Shown here in pieces: positions 60,001-64,000 of a stretch of DNA of 64,000 bases. How positions within the stretch are numbered: position 1 is the first letter of the stretch; each line of letters opens with the position of its first letter. Made by a program: the position numbers and the translations under genes. The notes below the pieces were generated by a model, which was not told the DNA's origin, searched no databases, and saw only the letters and a list, made by a program, of their open reading frames with translations. Origin of the DNA: Phyllobates terribilis (Eukaryota); assembly GCF_046119375.1 (NCBI RefSeq), contig NW_027362763.1, positions 72,168,001 to 72,232,000 on the forward strand. Reading direction: 5' to 3'.

Positions 60001-63000
60001 TAATATGTGAAGTAGTCATCAATTATGTACCTGTCATGGTAGTGATATCTAATGTGATTATATTTACCATACTTTAGATACTTACCCTTTGGAGTTTCAA
60101 TTAACTTTTTCTCCCTTAATTACTGAGCGACTGTTTCCATTGTGAGCCCTATTTTAAATACACTCTGTGTTTTCTGTGTGTGTTCATACACTTACTTTGT
60201 TATCATGTAATAAAATCTAGATATTTTGATACCATATTGTGCTGGATCACTCATTTTTTGAGCATTGTGGCTCTTCCCTGATCATATATCCCCTTATGAT
60301 GATCCTCCTACAATTATGGTCCTAGGTGGGCAGAGATGAAGTGCAACAAGTATGTTATAATAATATTGCCTAAATCTGTCAGATATCTCTCTCTGATCTT
60401 GCAGAAGGCAGTGGCCATTTCACTCACACAACTACATGTGACAGTCACAAAATCAAGAAATGGGCAGGGAGGTATACTGTACCAAATTACTTCTCTATGG
60501 GAATTATTGTAGCAGCGGGAGATTAGTGATCTGATTTTATTGAAGGCAGTGACCAATTCACTCACGTGGTAATATGTGACAGGCTTAATATCAAAAAATG
60601 GTCAATGAAAGGATATACTCTATTCAATAAAACTATGGGAATTATTGAAGCAGCGGAAGGTTAATGTTCTGATCTTGTAGAAGGCAGTGACTGCTTTACT
60701 CATGTAGCCTTATGGGACAGGTATAGTATCAAGAAATTGCAGGGGAAACATATACTGTGTCCAATGAAACTATGGAAATTATTGTAGCATCTGGGGATTA
60801 ATTTTCCACCCTTGCAGTAAACAAGTGATGGTAATTTACAAAGCTAAATACAGTTATGTGGCTTAGCAGAAAAGAGTGTGGTTTAGTGAGAAAGGGATGT
60901 GATTTTAATTTTTACTTTGCTCAGGCAAGATTATTAAACCTGCCTCCGTGACTTTTCTAATCTTTTGGTTATGTGACAGTTTCAAAAAGCAAGCAGAAAT
61001 AAAATATGCTGTAGCCAATAAGAGCGTGAAAATTATTAAAGCAGCAGAAATGAGTATTCTGATAATATGGGCAGCAGTGACCATCGCACTCATGTGATTG
61101 TGTATTTAAAGACATACTGTTTGTATAGTTTTGAGAAGTAGATAGTGATCAAATATGCTATAGCTCACAAGACCATGGAAATTAATATAGCAGCAGGAGA
61201 TGATTGTTCTGATTATATGGGAGGCAGTGACCAGTGATTTTATGGTTGTGTATTTAAAGACATACTGTTGGTAAAGTTTTGAGAAGTAGATAGTGATCAC
61301 ATATGCTATAGCCCATGAGACCATGGAAATTAATATAGCAGCAGGAGATGATTGTTCTGATTATATGGGAGGCAGTGACCAGTGATCTTGTGGTTGTGTA
61401 TTTAAAGATATACTGTTGTTATAGTTTTGAGAAGTAGATAGTGATAAAAATATGTTATAGCCCATGAGACCATGTAAATTAATATAGCAGCAGGAGATGA
61501 TTGTTCTGATCTTAAGGGAGGCAGTGACCACTCCAACCTTGTGGTTAGGTATTTAAAGGGTGCACAGCTTCAGGAGACCACAGCTTCAGGGGCACAGCCC
61601 CTGCCTCCCAGCTTCCTACTTTTTGGGCTTCCAGTATGGTTGAGCCTCTGGCCTGAATTGTGCACTCTATTTAGCAGCGATTGAACCAAAATGAAATTGC
61701 TTGCAGTCCATTCTTGAAAATGGAGAGAAATTTTAATAAGAGATAAATTGCAAAGTTGCTTGGTTTTACAAGAAGGTTCAGATTTTACCCATTTATTAGG
61801 ATAGGACAGCCCCTTTAAAGAGATACTGTGTGTACAACAGAAAGTGATAGAATATGCTATAGCCAATCAAACCAGGGAAAAAATGAATGATCTGATCTGA
61901 ACTTTCTGGGGAAAATGACAGCATGTTGCTTGTTAGTAAGGACAGGGATGCAGGTGATGGGTTGGAACAGTTCAGAATGATTACTTTGGATCCCCCGGGT
62001 CCTTTCATCACACATTAACAAAATAACTTCACTTAATGACCAGTTGAACTTTAGATTTCACTAATAATTAAAATGTCGTGATTACCCTGACTCAGATTCA
62101 TGTACCTGGGAAAGGGCTACAGCAAGACAAACAAAGGTGTACAAGAACGCTTGGCGAAACGTCAAGTATTAGATTGTGACCTTTTGTTTTACTTTCTGTG
62201 ACTCTCCAGCCAAGCTGTCTTTCTAAAGAGCATGGTCTGGAGAGTTTTTATTAATTTTAAAGGAATATTCAATTGTCCTCAAATAAGGCGTATTCATTGT
62301 AAAATAAAAAGTTATAGAATTTTCCAATATACTTTTAAAAAAAAAAAAATTCCCATGGCATCGCCATGATGACAATATGTCAAATATGTCCATTTTTGTT
62401 GCTGATTTGTAATGATTATTTTGTTTTTACAAAGAGCAGTAAGAATTATTATTACAGCTGTTTTTCATTTTTTTTTTGTTACTTCAAAAGGAAAACAAAC
62501 CTATGACTTTTATTTTACCTCTACTATACAAGTATGCAAATTATATAAGAGATGTATTGGTACATAGAAATGTAAAGCTGCTGCCTGCCAAGCTACAGGT
62601 TGTGAGTTTGAATCCTGTGGAAAACCTTCAAAAACAAATTGCAGAAACTGTTTAACTGCACGTACATTTCATTGCATGTCGTTTGTTCAATTTTCCAATA
62701 AATTGCATAGTAGAATGACTGGTGTCATCCAAAACTACAACTCGTCCTGCAAAAAAATACAAGCCTTCAATATGGCAATGTTGATGGAAAAACAAAGTTA
62801 TGTATCTTGAAAGAAGGTTGGAAAAAAACAAAAGCACAAAAATGAAAAAATGCTCTAAACTAAGGGTTAAAATCTCGGTCATTAAAATCCTTTTTTAAAG
62901 TGTTTTTGCGCTTTTTTTTTTTTCCTTCCTATCTTCCCATTGGCGTCCGACTATCTCTGACTACTTGGGTGGAGGGTGGACAGTGACTTAGTGACTTACA

Positions 63001-63179
63001 AAATAAAGATTTGTACATTTAGTTACTTTACCAATCATTGCAAATAAATCAGAGTGATAAACAGAGCCTTCATGTTCATGTCCTTTTTTCAGTCCAGATC
63101 GATACAGTACAGCCGAAGCAGCCAGCCCGAAATAAGCTCCAAATGCATGGATGACCATAGATGCACCAATATCTGTCGC
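53952..63179 (-). CDS. RHAG: RHAG copy 3: exons 4-10, frame intact; may be the copy joined to exons 1-3 beyond the window
   Basis: All seven exons present. The window ends about 60 bp before the position where the hAT-A junction would be, so the 5' context cannot be seen. Confidence 0.9.
55445..55518 (-). CDS. RHAG: RHAG exon 9, copy 3
   Basis: Identical to 52-125. Confidence 0.95.
55931..56004 (-). CDS. RHAG: RHAG exon 8, copy 3 (Val variant)
   Basis: Identical to 27343-27416. Confidence 0.92.
57736..57857 (-). CDS. RHAG: RHAG exon 7, copy 3
   Basis: Identical to 2344-2465. Confidence 0.97.
58047..58184 (-). CDS. RHAG: RHAG exon 6, copy 3
   Basis: Identical to 2655-2792. Confidence 0.97.
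59193..59359 (-). CDS. RHAG: RHAG exon 5, copy 3
   Basis: Identical to 3801-3967. Confidence 0.97.
63032..63179 (-). CDS. RHAG: RHAG exon 4, copy 3
   Basis: Identical to 7641-7788. Confidence 0.97.
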
Positions 63180-64000
63180 CTGCAAGATAAAAAGATTGGA
63201 TGATGTTATATTTAAAGGGACTTTCCACTGAAACACATATCATTTATATACACATAATGCGCATTAAGAAGCAGAGTCACTATGAAAACACCGTGCATTT
63301 CTGATCCTGAAATACAAATTGTGCTCTACTCAAGAGCTGCATTTACAATTCTGCAGTTTTCAGAACTGAAATCTCACAGCATTCCCTGTTGACTACAGAG
63401 AGGATTATCTAGTGCATGGTTACATACATTAATCTATAAGACTATCGACATAAAAATATTATACAGGTTCAGACCATCATTGAATATTGAAAAATTATTT
63501 ATAGAAAATGTTTAAAAATATAGAGAAAAATGTAGTCACAATGTCTACTATAGTATATTGATATAAATAGTACTGCCTCCAAATATCAGAATGATGTATA
63601 GATAGCATTTTCTCACTGTCTTTCCAAATGAATCATGTAGGCACAGATAGTACTGACTCCTTGTTTCTTTCTGTTTATCATGTAGGCACAGATACAACTG
63701 AATTCATGTTTCTATTTTTATATAATGTAGGCACAGATAAAACTGACTTCTTTGCTTCTTTTTGTGTATTATGTAGGGAAAGATACAGCCAACTCAGTAC
63801 TGACTCCTTGTTTCTTTCTATTTATCATATAGGCACAGATACTACCAACTCCCTGTATCTTTCTATATATCATGCAGGCACAGATTCAACTGACTCCCTG
63901 ACCCTTTTTTCCATATCATGTAGGCACAGAGACAATTCACACCGTGTATATTTCTGTATATGATGTAGGCACAGACACAGCTGACTCTCTGTCTCTTTCT

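Larger units (their letters stand above)
1..64000. repeat. Tandem segmental duplication, about 2.4 units (period about 26.8 kb, then about 28.6 kb)
   Basis: Near-identical sequence and ORFs recur at 271/27075/55663 and 7597/34402/62988. The period difference is almost entirely one 1,787-bp segment (42521-44307). Confidence 0.98.

Noticed and set aside
1-64000. Whole repeat as a simple assembly artefact
   Set aside because: Three versions with nested shared and private variants and a mechanistically coherent 1,787-bp indel argue for real copies. Not fully excluded without raw reads.

Overview
Vertebrate genomic DNA, most likely a frog. The frog call is inferred from TTAA/AGG-ended T2-type MITEs, TAG(A/T)G(A/T)TGAGCGA-ended hAT elements and a DD38E Tc1. 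The window is about 2.4 turns of a very recent head-to-tail tandem duplication. The period is 26,802-26,805 bp, then about 28,588 bp, and identity is roughly 99.5% by eye. Each turn carries exons 4-10 of RHAG (Rh-associated glycoprotein, Amt/Rh ammonia channel family) on the minus strand, with canonical GT-AG sites and an unbroken frame. I found no exons 1-3 or native promoter inside the repeat. The rest of each unit is a transposon block: two partial hAT elements joined by a solo-LTR-like segment with no TSD (candidate duplication breakpoint), then a third hAT abutting them head-to-head across one 8-bp target. A DD38E Tc1 is present in only one block and appears to have been deleted from the other by satellite recombination. 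RHAG introns contain Penelope-like hammerhead ribozyme motifs, MITEs, minisatellites and a 1-kb polypurine tract. Most ORFs in the supplied track are spurious or transposase fragments. All comparisons were done by eye.
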